NCBI GenBank assembly: GCA_035530535.1
Contig: DATKUS010000156.1
Span: 188 to 64,187, forward strand
DNA: 64,000 bases
Direction of reading: 5' to 3'
Source of the DNA: Bacteroidales bacterium
GTDB taxonomy: Bacteria; Bacteroidota; Bacteroidia; Bacteroidales; VadinHA17
Shown in pieces: positions 9,951 to 20,195 of the stretch (position 1 is the first letter of the stretch; every line of letters begins with the position of its first letter). The notes under the pieces are model-generated. The model saw nothing but the letters and a program-made list of their open reading frames with translations, did no database searches and was not told the origin of the DNA. The position numbers and the translations under genes are program-made.

Positions 9951-10994
9951 TCAGATTATCTCTGCCCTGAACTGACTTAGGAACCTCATATCATTTTCAA
10001 AGTAGAGCCTCAGGTCGTTAATCCTGTATTTAAGCATGGCCGCGCGCTCTATTCCCATTCCGAAGGCAAATCCTGAATACTTTAAGGAATCAATACTGCA
10101 TGCCTCCAGAACATTCGGGTCAATCATCCCGCATCCCAGAACCTCCAGCCAGCCGGTTCCCTTACATACATTACACCCTTTTCCGCCGCACAGGTTACAG
10201 CTTACATCCATCTCTGCCGAAGGCTCGGTGAAGGGGAAGAAAGAGGGCCTGAGTCTTATATTTACTTCCTGTCCGAAGAATTCCCGAGCAAAATAGAGTA
10301 AGGTCTGCCGTAGGTCTGCAAATGACACATTCCCGGCAATGTACAGCCCTTCTATCTGGTGAAAGATACAATGAGCCCTGGCAGAGATGGCCTCATTACG
10401 AAAAACACGGCCCGGAGAGATAGTCCTGATGGGGGGCCTTTGCGTTTCCATTACACGTACCTGCACTGAGGAGGTATGGGTGCGAAGCAAAACATCATGA
10501 GGATCAGACTCGCCGCCAGACACCCTGCTGATATAAAATGTATCCTGCATATCACGGGCGGGATGATCCTTTGCAAAGTTTAGCTTTGAGAAGACGTGAT
10601 TGTCGTCTTCTATTTCAGGTCCTTCAGAAACAGTAAAGCCAATCGTTGAGAATATGTCAATAATCTCCCGGCGGACAATGGATATAGGGTGCCTCGAGCC
10701 CACCGCAAAAGGAATGGCCGGCCTTGTCAGGTCTATCCCCGGGGGTGCTGTTTCAGAGGACGAAAGTCGTTCCTTAAATTCATTGTACCTGTCTGCCGCA
10801 AGATGCTTGAGTTTATTCAGCAACAGTCCCGTCTCTTTTTTCTGCTCCGGAAGAACATCTCTGAAACCTTCAAAAAGTGAAGGGATAAGTCCCTTTTTGC
10901 TGAGATATTTGAGCCTGAACTGCTCAAGCTGATCATTGTCGCTGATCAGAAACTCTTCAACGTCTTTTCTTAATTGTGCTATTTTATTCTTCAT
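9951..10994 (-). CDS. pheS: phenylalanine--tRNA ligase alpha subunit
   Basis: Class II aaRS motifs (HPARDMQDTFY, RTHTSSVQ, GFAFGMGIERAAML) and a length of 347 aa. Confidence 0.95.
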   Translation of the reverse strand: MKNKIAQLRKDVEEFLISDNDQLEQFRLKYLSKKGLIPSLFEGFRDVLPEQKKETGLLLNKLKHLAADRYNEFKERLSSSETAPPGIDLTRPAIPFAVGSRHPISIVRREIIDIFSTIGFTVSEGPEIEDDNHVFSKLNFAKDHPARDMQDTFYISRVSGGESDPHDVLLRTHTSSVQVRVMETQRPPIRTISPGRVFRNEAISARAHCIFHQIEGLYIAGNVSFADLRQTLLYFAREFFGQEVNIRLRPSFFPFTEPSAEMDVSCNLCGGKGCNVCKGTGWLEVLGCGMIDPNVLEACSIDSLKYSGFAFGMGIERAAMLKYRINDLRLYFENDMRFLSQFRAEII

Positions 10995-11006
10995 GCCGGA
11001 AGAGGT

Positions 11007-11804
11007 TTATTTTCGTACAATTTTTATTTTAATTATTCTGATGTCTTTCAGGGGCTTGTCATTTATATCGGTGGGGGTGTTACCGATAGCGTCCAGGATG
11101 TCCATTCCTGATATAACTTCCCCGAAGACTGTGTAGGCTCCGTCAAGAAACGGGGCGCCACCTATGGTGCGGTAAATCTCCTTGCGATATTCAGGCATTT
11201 TATAAAGGCCGGAAGCCTCCATTAGCTCATATACTTTAAGAATGGCGTTCTGCTGAATCTCGTCATCATTAAGGTGTATTGAATCAGTTGATGCGGAGGC
11301 TCTCTGCTCAGCAAGGGCCTGCTGATAAAGGGCCTGCCTTTTGTTATAATCTATACGTTGTTCGGTCTTTGTCAGTTCTTTATCATCATATTTTTTGCCC
11401 TGTACAATATAAAACTGTGTCCCGGAGGAGCTTCTGGCAGGGTTGGCGTTATCGCCTTCACGGGCAGCTGCCAGGGCTCCGCGTTTATGGAAAAGAGAGT
11501 CATTAATCTCGGCCGGAACAGTATAGTCGGGAATTAATGACGGAGGGTTCCTGGTAGGCCCGTCGCCGGCCTGGATCATGAAGTCCGTGATAATGCGGTG
11601 AAATGAAACGCCGTCATAAAAACCTGACTCAGCAAGTTTTATGAAATTGTCGCGGTGAAGCGGAGTGAGATCTGAAAGTACAACAATGATGTCTCCTTCT
11701 GTAGTTTTTATTTCTGCCCTTACCGGGGTCTCTTTTTTAGCCGTGCAACCTGAAACAAGAATTAAAGCTATGAGGAGCAGGGCCTGCCGAATGGACGAGT
11801 TCAT
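11007..11804 (-). CDS. cyclophilin-type peptidyl-prolyl cis-trans isomerase, lipoprotein
   Basis: Lipobox LILVSGC; cyclophilin motifs FHRII.DFMIQAGD, GTQFYIV and YTVFGEV, with a helical insert. Confidence 0.85.
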   Translation of the reverse strand: MNSSIRQALLLIALILVSGCTAKKETPVRAEIKTTEGDIIVVLSDLTPLHRDNFIKLAESGFYDGVSFHRIITDFMIQAGDGPTRNPPSLIPDYTVPAEINDSLFHKRGALAAAREGDNANPARSSSGTQFYIVQGKKYDDKELTKTEQRIDYNKRQALYQQALAEQRASASTDSIHLNDDEIQQNAILKVYELMEASGLYKMPEYRKEIYRTIGGAPFLDGAYTVFGEVISGMDILDAIGNTPTDINDKPLKDIRIIKIKIVRK

Positions 11805-11833
11805 TTTCTTTAAATTTACGAGCTACAAAGATA

Positions 11834-11841
11834 TATATTTG
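11834..11841 (+). promoter_or_regulatory. Bacteroidota -7 promoter element TATATTTG
   Basis: Exact match to TAnnTTTG, 16 nt upstream of ATG 11858. Confidence 0.4.
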
Positions 11842-11857
11842 CAGTTAAGAGTTTAAC

Positions 11858-13330
11858 ATGAACGAAATCCGCAAACTTGCAGGGCAGACTGTTGTTTATG
11901 GCTTTGGGACCGTTGTTCCAAGATTTCTTAATTACGCCCTGCTAACACCCTTTTATACATATATTTTCGGGCGTGAAGAATACGGAGTCGTTACTGAGCT
12001 GTATGCCTGGATGGTGCTTGCCCTGGTCATCCTAACCTATGGAATGGAGACAACATATTTCAGGTTTGCCGGCAAGAAAGCACCGGCAGATACGGTTTAC
12101 AGCACAGCACTGTTCAGTCTCTTTTTTACCTCTGCCCTGTTCATTATCGCAGTGTCCGTATTTATAGGACCGGTATCGGAGTTTTTTAAGTATGGCAATC
12201 ACCCGGAGTATATCCGTATGTTTGCATGGATTGTAGCTGTTGATGCCTTTTCGGCCATACCTTTTGCATACCTGAGAGGACATAACAGACCAATTGTATT
12301 CAGTGCTCTGAAAATAATAAATGTAGTTATCACGGTAACACTGGTATTATTCTTTTTAAGGTCAGCACCACGGATACTGGAAAGAGGCGGAGGCTGGATA
12401 CTTAAAATATATAACCCTGATTTCAGGGTGGGCTATGTCTTTGTTGCAAACCTGGCCGGGTCGGTTGTTACTCTAGTGTGCCTTATACCGTTCATTATTA
12501 GGATCAGGCCGGTTTTTGACAAAAAGATTTTTTTTAAAATGATTTCATATACCTGGCCCCTACTGATAGGTGGAATGGCAGGATCACTGAACGAAGTACT
12601 TGATAAGATACTGCTGAGAAGATTAATAGGAGGCCCGGAGGGATTGTCAACAGTAGGTCTTTACGGAGCAGGATTCAAGGTTGGCGTTCTTATGTCGCTT
12701 TTCATACAGATGTACAGGTTTGCCGCAGAACCATTCTTCTTTGAAAAAGCGGGGAAACATGATGCAAAAGAAACATATGCCGTAACCATGAAGTACTTTG
12801 TGATAACAGGTCTTATACTTTTTCTGTGCATCAACCTATATATCGAAGGACTGCAAGTCATTATTGGCCCTGTTTTCAGGGAGTCACTGATAGTTGTACC
12901 GATAGTGAGCATGGGATACTTACTGCTTGGGATATTTATAAACCAGAGTATCTGGTATAAAGTAGACGACAAAACTATCTATGGGGCATGGATCACGATT
13001 ATAGGAGCTGTGGTAACAATTACAGGCAACCTGCTGTTCGTACCGAAATACGGATATATTGCTGCTGCCTGGGCTCACGTGGCCTGTTATCTTACAATGG
13101 TGCTCGTCTCTTATTTTGTAGGACTGCGGTTTTACCCGATTAAATATGAAGTAAAGAAGCTTTTGATTTACATAGCTGTGGCTATATTGTTAGTAGCGCT
13201 TTCAAGAATCGTGGAAACGAAAAGCTCATTGTTAAATATTTTTATAGACACTATTTTGCTGGCTTCGTTCTGCGTTTTTGCAGAAAGGCGGGACAGGTTT
13301 TTTTCATCGTTAATACCCGGGAGAACGTGA
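11858..13330 (+). CDS. polysaccharide biosynthesis / oligosaccharide flippase family protein (MOP superfamily)
   Basis: 490 aa, roughly 14 TM helices, N-terminus typical of Wzx/MurJ-like flippases. Confidence 0.65.
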   Translation: MNEIRKLAGQTVVYGFGTVVPRFLNYALLTPFYTYIFGREEYGVVTELYAWMVLALVILTYGMETTYFRFAGKKAPADTVYSTALFSLFFTSALFIIAVSVFIGPVSEFFKYGNHPEYIRMFAWIVAVDAFSAIPFAYLRGHNRPIVFSALKIINVVITVTLVLFFLRSAPRILERGGGWILKIYNPDFRVGYVFVANLAGSVVTLVCLIPFIIRIRPVFDKKIFFKMISYTWPLLIGGMAGSLNEVLDKILLRRLIGGPEGLSTVGLYGAGFKVGVLMSLFIQMYRFAAEPFFFEKAGKHDAKETYAVTMKYFVITGLILFLCINLYIEGLQVIIGPVFRESLIVVPIVSMGYLLLGIFINQSIWYKVDDKTIYGAWITIIGAVVTITGNLLFVPKYGYIAAAWAHVACYLTMVLVSYFVGLRFYPIKYEVKKLLIYIAVAILLVALSRIVETKSSLLNIFIDTILLASFCVFAERRDRFFSSLIPGRT

Positions 13331-13761
13331 AGATAAGAATTGTAAACAAGTCGGGACACAGGCTTCCCGCCTATGAGACAACGCATTCAGCCGGAATGGA
13401 CCTGAGGGCATGTATAAATGAGCAGGTAAAAATTGGGCCCATGGAAAGAAAGCTGGTAGGCACAGGACTATATATTGAGGTACCCGTTGGGTTCGAGGCG
13501 CAAATAAGACCAAGAAGCGGCATGGCAATAAAACACGGCATTACTGTTCTGAACTCACCGGGCACCATTGACGCCGACTACAGGGGAGAGATAGGAATCA
13601 TACTTGTTAACTTATCGGACGTAGAATTTGTTATTAATAATGGGGACCGCATTGCACAGATGATCTTTGCAAGTCACGAAAAGGCTGAATTTATTGAGGT
13701 AGAGGAACTTAAAGCAAGCGGGAGAGGCGATGGCGGTTTTGGACATTCAGGAAGAAAATGA
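13327..13761 (+). CDS. dut: dUTP diphosphatase
   Basis: [28 protein letters not shown] and FGHSGR motifs. GTG start overlaps the upstream stop by 4 nt. Confidence 0.95.
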   Translation: MKIRIVNKSGHRLPAYETTHSAGMDLRACINEQVKIGPMERKLVGTGLYIEVPVGFEAQIRPRSGMAIKHGITVLNSPGTIDADYRGEIGIILVNLSDVEFVINNGDRIAQMIFASHEKAEFIEVEELKASGRGDGGFGHSGRK

Positions 13762-15482
13762 GAAGACTTGTATTATATGGCTTAACAATATTTATGTTTC
13801 TGGGATGTTCCCGGGAAACAGTAAAGGTGTCTTCGGCGCTGTTTAAGGATGCTGCCGTGAACAGTAAATATGATTATCTGATTGCTGAAGCAATCAGGCA
13901 GAAATATGTAGGCAAAGCAGACCAGGCGGTAGCACTCTTTGAAAAATGTATTGAGATAGACAAAAACAGGAGTGTTCCTTATTTTGAGCTCGCACAGGCT
14001 TATGCTAAAATGGGGGATTCTGATAAGGCTATCCGTTATGCATCAAGAGCTGCAAACCTTGACAGGAATAACTACTGGTACCAGATGGCATGCGGATCTC
14101 TGTTTGTACAGTATGAAGAGAAGGATTCTGCCCTGGTGTATTTTCAGCGTGCCCTATATGCTAGCCCTAAGGCCATGGAGGTTAATACAATACTTGCAGG
14201 ACTATATTCTGAAAAGGGTGACATCTCAAAAGCGGACTCTTTGTTTATGATCCTTGACAGGGCCGGGGCGCTCAACGAGCAGATGTTTCTGGTAATGATT
14301 TCTGGAATGATAAGTAACAAAGCATATACAGCGGCCGCTGAAAGAACCAGGGCTTTGATTAATAGATTCCCGGAGGAAGTCAAATATAAAGCATTGTTAG
14401 CTAATATATATTCTGAAGCAGGAGAAGGGGAGAAGAGCGACAGTATTTACAGCAGGATAATTGAAGATGATCCGAACAATGCCGAGTCACAGATGCTGGT
14501 TTTGATAAATCTTGTAAGCAAGAAGAAGTATGAGGGCGTTTCTGTTTTTCTGGGATCAGTAATTAAGAGCCAGGTTATAGACCGTGAAAGAAAAGTGGCC
14601 CTGGTAAGTGAGCTTAACAGGGATTCGGCATACATAGTATCACAAAACAAGACCCTGGAAGCAAGCCTCCTTTTACTGGAAGAAGACTATCCTGATGACG
14701 AGGAAGTTTTATCCATAAGACCGGAGATGTATGAGAAGCTTGGAATGACCGGTAAGGCTATCGGGCGTTATGAAGAGATATTGAGTAAAGTACCAAAAGG
14801 TTATTTTTTTAAAGAAAGACTGATTTTGCTGTATGCCGGAAGTGAAGAATATGAAAAGCTCTACAATCTTGCCTCAGCTTATTCTTCCGAGAATAACAGG
14901 AGTATCATCGGTAAAGTATATTATGCTATTGCTGCAATGGAATTGGGAAAGTACGATGTAGCAGATTCTGAACTGAATAAGGCACTTATACTGGCAGGGA
15001 ACGATAAACAGTTAAAGCTTCAGGTTTTATCAATGCTGGGAGAACTTAAATACAGAATGAAAGATTTTGAGGAGGCGTATAAGTATATGGAGAAGGCCCT
15101 TATAATTGACCCTGATAATATTATGCTGCTTAATAATTATTCATATTTTCTTGCTGAGAATGACAGGGAATTACAAAAAGCGCTGAAAATGACAGAAAAG
15201 GTAATAGCGAAGGATAGTAATAATGCAACCTACCTTGATACGTATGCCTGGGTTCTGTATAAATCAGGAAAAATTAAGGAAGCATACGGTGTAATGAGAA
15301 AGATATTTGAGAAATCTGAAGAAAATGACCCCGAGATTCTTGAACACATGGGTTTTATTCTTAAAACAATGTCAAAGTGTAATGAAGCAGTTAATTACTG
15401 GAGAATGGCGCTGGAGGGTGATAGCTCAAAGGAATATCTTAAAAAGGAAATAGAATTATGTGGAGGAGAAAAACAGGAATAA
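13758..15482 (+). CDS. tetratricopeptide repeat lipoprotein
   Basis: Lipobox FLGC and multiple TPR-like A..Y/A..P repeats over 574 aa. Confidence 0.7.
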   Translation: MRRLVLYGLTIFMFLGCSRETVKVSSALFKDAAVNSKYDYLIAEAIRQKYVGKADQAVALFEKCIEIDKNRSVPYFELAQAYAKMGDSDKAIRYASRAANLDRNNYWYQMACGSLFVQYEEKDSALVYFQRALYASPKAMEVNTILAGLYSEKGDISKADSLFMILDRAGALNEQMFLVMISGMISNKAYTAAAERTRALINRFPEEVKYKALLANIYSEAGEGEKSDSIYSRIIEDDPNNAESQMLVLINLVSKKKYEGVSVFLGSVIKSQVIDRERKVALVSELNRDSAYIVSQNKTLEASLLLLEEDYPDDEEVLSIRPEMYEKLGMTGKAIGRYEEILSKVPKGYFFKERLILLYAGSEEYEKLYNLASAYSSENNRSIIGKVYYAIAAMELGKYDVADSELNKALILAGNDKQLKLQVLSMLGELKYRMKDFEEAYKYMEKALIIDPDNIMLLNNYSYFLAENDRELQKALKMTEKVIAKDSNNATYLDTYAWVLYKSGKIKEAYGVMRKIFEKSEENDPEILEHMGFILKTMSKCNEAVNYWRMALEGDSSKEYLKKEIELCGGEKQE

Positions 15483-16225
15483 TAATTCTGTTCATAATAT
15501 CTATAATTTTTTCATCCTGTGCTACTACAAGGAAAAGAGATGGAAGGATGACGGGGACCTATGTTGAAAGTTCGGGCTATAATATTTTAACAGAGGCAAA
15601 GTCTCTTAACATTAATCCTGAAGGATTCGTCATAAAAAAGGCGGAAGTAGAACTAAGGGGCACGCAGGTGGAAGGAAGTTTTAACCTTTATGCAAAAGTT
15701 AACCCGGAAGGAGATTTTTTTGCCTCAATCAGGGGGCCGCTGGGAATTGAGCTGGTAAGAGCTATATCTACAGGCGATTCCGTATTTGTAATTAATAAAA
15801 TGAGCAGGGTAATTCTATACGGAAGCAGGGAAGAAATACTTAGAAGATCGGGATTACCGAAGAATTTGATTGAAATTTTTATGGGAGACATACCCGGAGA
15901 TGTTACTGTTTCTAATGCAATAATATCCGGAAGTAATGATTTTCTGATTTCATATCCTGAAGGAAATTATATAAGAGACATAATTGTTAACAGGGAAGAG
16001 AGAAAAATTTCAGAGGAGAACATAAAGACATCAGGAAATGAGCCGGAATATTTGATGAGGTTTGGTAACTTTATAAAGCGCGGAAAGAAAAAATATCCTT
16101 CAACCATAGAAATTAAAAGCGTGGGGAAAATGTTCCACGTGAAAATTAGTATAACGGAATTGAATGTAGGGTTTAATGAAAGGATTAAAGTTGTATTGCC
16201 GGGATACAGAAGAGAATCTTTATGA
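15458..16225 (+). CDS. DUF4292-like lipoprotein
   Basis: Lipobox IFSSC. The position between the TPR gene and the M23/EnvC-like gene downstream of dut matches a conserved Bacteroidota neighbourhood. The family label is from memory, not a search. Confidence 0.5.
   Translation: MWRRKTGIIILFIISIIFSSCATTRKRDGRMTGTYVESSGYNILTEAKSLNINPEGFVIKKAEVELRGTQVEGSFNLYAKVNPEGDFFASIRGPLGIELVRAISTGDSVFVINKMSRVILYGSREEILRRSGLPKNLIEIFMGDIPGDVTVSNAIISGSNDFLISYPEGNYIRDIIVNREERKISEENIKTSGNEPEYLMRFGNFIKRGKKKYPSTIEIKSVGKMFHVKISITELNVGFNERIKVVLPGYRRESL
16131..16146. other. parS-like site TGTTCCACGTGAAAAT (inside coding sequence)
   Basis: 14 of 16 positions match the parS consensus TGTTNCACGTGAAACA; the first 14 nt are identical. 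Confidence 0.4.
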
Positions 16226-17403
16226 TAATTAAGGCAATAATATCATTGTTGTTGGTGTCCGTATTTCTTGATCTCGGAGCCCAAAGTCGCACGGAACTTG
16301 AGAATAGAAGGAAGAAAAACCTCGAAGAAATAGAATATGTGGACCGGCTGCTCAAAAATACGGCATCAGAAAGAAAGGAGAACCTTAATGAGCTGAGCGT
16401 TATAGGAAAGAAGTTATCGTTACGGGAAAAAATAATAAATGAATACGGCGAAGAGATTAGCCTTCTGCGATACAGGATATCTCTTAACAAACAGGCAGGA
16501 GAGATAATGGAGGAAGACCTGACAAGGCTTAAGGAAGAATACGGACGCTCAATAATCAATGCATATAAAGCGACAAGAGGAAACCCTGCCGTTGCATTTA
16601 TTTTATCTTCAACTGACTTTAACCAGGGCTACAAGAGGCTTAAGTATATACAACAGGTTGCCAGATACAGAAGGAATGAGGCGGAATTAATAAGCCAGAT
16701 ATATTATGAACTGCAGACTACAAGAGCGAAGCTGGAAACGGACGTAAAGAGTATAAATGACCTTAAAAGGAAAGAAGAACGACAGAAACAGATTCTCAGA
16801 GAAGACCAGGTCCGCAGGGAGAGGATGGTAACAACCCTTGGCAAGAAGGAAACGCAACTAAAGCAGCAACTTGAAGAGAAAAAGCGGATAACACGGCAGA
16901 TTGAAGCTGAAATTGCCAGGGTGATTGAAGAAGAAAGAAAGAAAAGTGTTTCTACACCTATGACGAATGAAATGAAGCTGGTTGGGGATTCCTTCGGAGA
17001 AAACAAAGGAAGGCTACCATGGCCGGTTGAAAAGGGAATCATAACAAGCCACTTTGGCCTGCAGCAACACCCTGTCTTAAAAAGAGTTACGGAAGATAAT
17101 ATAGGTATTGAAATAACTTCGAGTGGTAATATAATGGCGAAATCGATATTTAAGGGTCAGGCAGTAAGGGTTTTTGCTATTTCAGGAGCAAATATGGCAG
17201 TTATAGTGCGACACGGGAAATACCTTACAGTATATCAGAATCTGGTCAATTTAAGAGTAAAGGCTGGAGAGATTGTTGCAACAGGTCAGGTGCTGGGAGA
17301 GGTTTTTAGTGATTCAGCTGAAGGAAATAAAGCTGTATTAAAGTTTATGATCTATGAAGAAAAGACAAAACTAAATCCCGAACTTTGGCTGGTGAATAAA
17401 TAA
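16222..17403 (+). CDS. M23 family peptidoglycan metalloendopeptidase / EnvC-like murein hydrolase activator
   Basis: Signal peptide, long coiled-coil N-terminal half and a C-terminal LytM/M23-like beta domain (GIEI.., RHGKYLTVYQNL). Confidence 0.75.
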   Translation: MIIKAIISLLLVSVFLDLGAQSRTELENRRKKNLEEIEYVDRLLKNTASERKENLNELSVIGKKLSLREKIINEYGEEISLLRYRISLNKQAGEIMEEDLTRLKEEYGRSIINAYKATRGNPAVAFILSSTDFNQGYKRLKYIQQVARYRRNEAELISQIYYELQTTRAKLETDVKSINDLKRKEERQKQILREDQVRRERMVTTLGKKETQLKQQLEEKKRITRQIEAEIARVIEEERKKSVSTPMTNEMKLVGDSFGENKGRLPWPVEKGIITSHFGLQQHPVLKRVTEDNIGIEITSSGNIMAKSIFKGQAVRVFAISGANMAVIVRHGKYLTVYQNLVNLRVKAGEIVATGQVLGEVFSDSAEGNKAVLKFMIYEEKTKLNPELWLVNK

Positions 17404-17460
17404 GTATTTGTGAAACAAAAAGAATCGCAGGTAGTTTAAGATATTGTAATTGTTTCTATT

Positions 17461-17856
17461 ATGACGGAAAAAATGACCATAAAATCAGACATTGAAAATC
17501 TGACTATTATAGAAACTATGGTAGACACATTGTCAAAGAGGCTTGGTGTTTCAGATGATGTGTACGGTAAGATTCTTGTTTCAACTGTGGAGGCGGTAAA
17601 TAATGCTATTATACACGGAAATAAGGAGGATGTAACAAAGAATGTAACAGTAGAAATTTCTGCGGACGGAAATGTGTTTGAAGTGTTTGTGACCGATGAA
17701 GGCAAAGGTTTTGAATACCGGAACCTGCCCGATCCCACAAAACCGGAGAATATTGAAAACCTTCAGGGAAGGGGCGTTTTCCTTATGAGGCACCTCGCTG
17801 ATACAACAGAGTATAACAAAGCGGGTAATGAAGTAAAAATGACCTTTAAATACTAG
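17461..17856 (+). CDS. RsbW/SpoIIAB-like anti-sigma regulatory Ser/Thr kinase (HATPase_c)
   Basis: 131 aa with N-box EAVNNAIIHGN, G1 DEGKGF and G2 GRGVFLM. Confidence 0.7.
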   Translation: MTEKMTIKSDIENLTIIETMVDTLSKRLGVSDDVYGKILVSTVEAVNNAIIHGNKEDVTKNVTVEISADGNVFEVFVTDEGKGFEYRNLPDPTKPENIENLQGRGVFLMRHLADTTEYNKAGNEVKMTFKY

Positions 17857-17860
17857 TTTA

Positions 17861-18283
17861 TTGAAAATAGGATTTAACTACGATATTGAAGGATTTCGAC
17901 TTAAGGAGAACCGGAAGATTAAACGGGTTATCCTGAAAATAATAAATGACGCTGGCAGAAAAACCGGGAATACAGAAGTGATATTTACAACGGATAAAAA
18001 ATTACTGGAAATAAACAGGGAGTTTTTGGCCCATGATTACCTTACTGATATAATTACATTTGACTATAACGAAGGGAAAGTCATAAACGGCGAGATATAC
18101 ATTAGCATAGAGAGGGTTAGGTATAATGCTCAATCTCTAAATGTATCACTTGAAAGCGAAACCACAAGAGTTATATTTCACGGATTTTTGCACCTGTGCG
18201 GATATGTAGACTCCAGCAAGGAGGAGAAGGCTGTGATGACAGAAAGGGAAGAAATGTATCTGGCATTAGCTGAAGCTGAATGA
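17861..18283 (+). CDS. ybeY: rRNA maturation endoribonuclease YbeY
   Basis: HGFLHLCGY zinc-binding motif, 140 aa, TTG start. Confidence 0.9.
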   Translation: MKIGFNYDIEGFRLKENRKIKRVILKIINDAGRKTGNTEVIFTTDKKLLEINREFLAHDYLTDIITFDYNEGKVINGEIYISIERVRYNAQSLNVSLESETTRVIFHGFLHLCGYVDSSKEEKAVMTEREEMYLALAEAE

Positions 18284-20154
18284 ATTTCACATATGATATT
18301 ATTGTTGTAGGAGGTGGTCATGCGGGATGTGAAGCGGCACATATGGCAGCCACAATGGGTGCAAAGACCCTGCTTGTAACAATGGATATGACAAAGCTGG
18401 CCCAAATGTCATGCAATCCAGCTATGGGCGGCATTGCGAAAGGACAGATAATCAGAGAGATAGATGCACTTGGCGGAATGTCGGGGATAGTCACGGACCG
18501 CACAATGATACAGTTCAGGATGCTTAACAGGAGCAAGGGACCTGCAATGTGGAGCCCGAGAGCTCAGTGTGACAGAATGATGTTCACACGGGAGTGGAGA
18601 AAAGTCCTGGAAAACAAGGGAATGCTTCATATATGGCAGGAGCAGGCAACAAGCCTGATCCTGGAAGGGGAGAGAGTAAAGGGGGTAAGTACGTCACTGG
18701 GGACAAGATTTTATGCTGATGCAGTAGTACTTACAAACGGAACATTTCTGAACGGACTGATGCATGTTGGATTTCAGACAATGAAGGGAGGCAGATCCGG
18801 AGATCAGGCATCTATGGGATTAAGTGATCAGTTAAAGAAGCTTGGGTTCAGTGTTGAAAGGATGAAGACAGGTACAAGCGCAAGGGTTGACGGAAGAAGC
18901 CTGGACTTCAGTCTTATGACAGAACAGAAGGGAGACGGAGAGGGACTCTCCTTTTCATTCCTTAATGACCGTACTGATATAAAGGATGAAAAAAGCTGTT
19001 TCATTACTCATACGAATAAGGAGGTACATGATGAGCTAAGAAAAGGTCTGGAATATTCTCCCCTGTTTACTGGAAGAATTAAAGGGAGAGGACCCAGGTA
19101 CTGTCCGAGCGTTGAAGATAAAATAGTGACTTTTGCAGACAAGGAGTTTCACCAGCTATTCCTGGAGCCGGAGGGATGGGACACAAATGAATATTATATA
19201 AATGGATTTGCAAGCAGTCTTCCACTGGAGACTCAACTAAATGCGTTAAGAAAGGTACGCGGTCTGGAAGGAGTAGTGATATACAGGCCGGGCTATGCGA
19301 TAGAATACGATTTCTTTCAACCGACACAACTAAAGCATACTCTGGAGACGAAAAAGATTGAAGGATTATATTTTGCCGGACAGATAAACGGAACTACAGG
19401 ATATGAGGAAGCCGGAGCACAGGGACTGATGGCAGGTGCAAACGCGGTCCTTAAGATAAGGAATGAGAAGCCGCTTGTAATTGGCAGGGATGAAGGATAC
19501 ATCGGAGTACTTATTGATGACCTCGTAACGAAAGGAGTTGATGAACCTTACAGGATGTTTACATCAAGAGCTGAGTACAGGATCCTTTTGAGACAGGATA
19601 ATGCAGACGAGAGACTTACAGAAAAGGCGTGCATGCTTGGTATGGCAGGCGGATTAAGACTCGAGAGACTTAAGGAAAAGCAGGCAATGATGAATGAGAT
19701 AGCAGGCTTTCTGAAGAAGGAAAGCCTGGATCCGGTAAAGATTAACGTTTTTTTGGAGTCTAAAGGGACGAGCGGTATTTCACAGAAGAGTAAGGCTATG
19801 ACTGTTGCGGGAAGACCACAGGTGGATCTGGGGGAGCTGTTGCAGCAAATGCCGGGATCTGAAGAGTTGAAGTATTCCTCTTCAGAAAGAAAAAGGGAGA
19901 TTGCAGAGGGAGCAGAGATCAGGATAAAATATTCAGGCTATCTGGAACGCGAAAGGAATATTGCAGAAAAGATAAGCAGACTGGAAGACCTGAGAATCCC
20001 TGACGATATTGAATATGATGAGCTAACATCAATTTCTACTGAAGGCAGAGAAAAACTTACGAAAATTCGTCCGGGTTCAATTGGACAAGCCTCAAGGATT
20101 AGCGGAGTATCTTCTTCTGACATTTCAATTTTAATTATGTATCTGGGAAGGTAA
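18280..20154 (+). CDS. mnmG: tRNA uridine 5-carboxymethylaminomethyl modification enzyme MnmG (GidA)
   Basis: FAD motif YDIIVVGGGHAGCEAA, plus SCNPAMGG, GPRYCPS and FAGQINGTTGYEEA; 624 aa. Confidence 0.95.
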   Translation: MNFTYDIIVVGGGHAGCEAAHMAATMGAKTLLVTMDMTKLAQMSCNPAMGGIAKGQIIREIDALGGMSGIVTDRTMIQFRMLNRSKGPAMWSPRAQCDRMMFTREWRKVLENKGMLHIWQEQATSLILEGERVKGVSTSLGTRFYADAVVLTNGTFLNGLMHVGFQTMKGGRSGDQASMGLSDQLKKLGFSVERMKTGTSARVDGRSLDFSLMTEQKGDGEGLSFSFLNDRTDIKDEKSCFITHTNKEVHDELRKGLEYSPLFTGRIKGRGPRYCPSVEDKIVTFADKEFHQLFLEPEGWDTNEYYINGFASSLPLETQLNALRKVRGLEGVVIYRPGYAIEYDFFQPTQLKHTLETKKIEGLYFAGQINGTTGYEEAGAQGLMAGANAVLKIRNEKPLVIGRDEGYIGVLIDDLVTKGVDEPYRMFTSRAEYRILLRQDNADERLTEKACMLGMAGGLRLERLKEKQAMMNEIAGFLKKESLDPVKINVFLESKGTSGISQKSKAMTVAGRPQVDLGELLQQMPGSEELKYSSSERKREIAEGAEIRIKYSGYLERERNIAEKISRLEDLRIPDDIEYDELTSISTEGREKLTKIRPGSIGQASRISGVSSSDISILIMYLGR

Positions 20155-20160
20155 GGCTTG

Positions 20161-20176
20161 TGTTCCACGTGGAACA
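20161..20176. other. parS site, perfect palindrome TGTTCCACGTGGAACA
   Basis: 15 of 16 positions match TGTTNCACGTGAAACA and the site is fully self-complementary. It lies 7 nt after the mnmG stop and is followed by TCTTTTAT, so it could also act as a terminator hairpin. Confidence 0.65.
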
Positions 20177-20195
20177 TCTTTTATAAAAATCAAAA

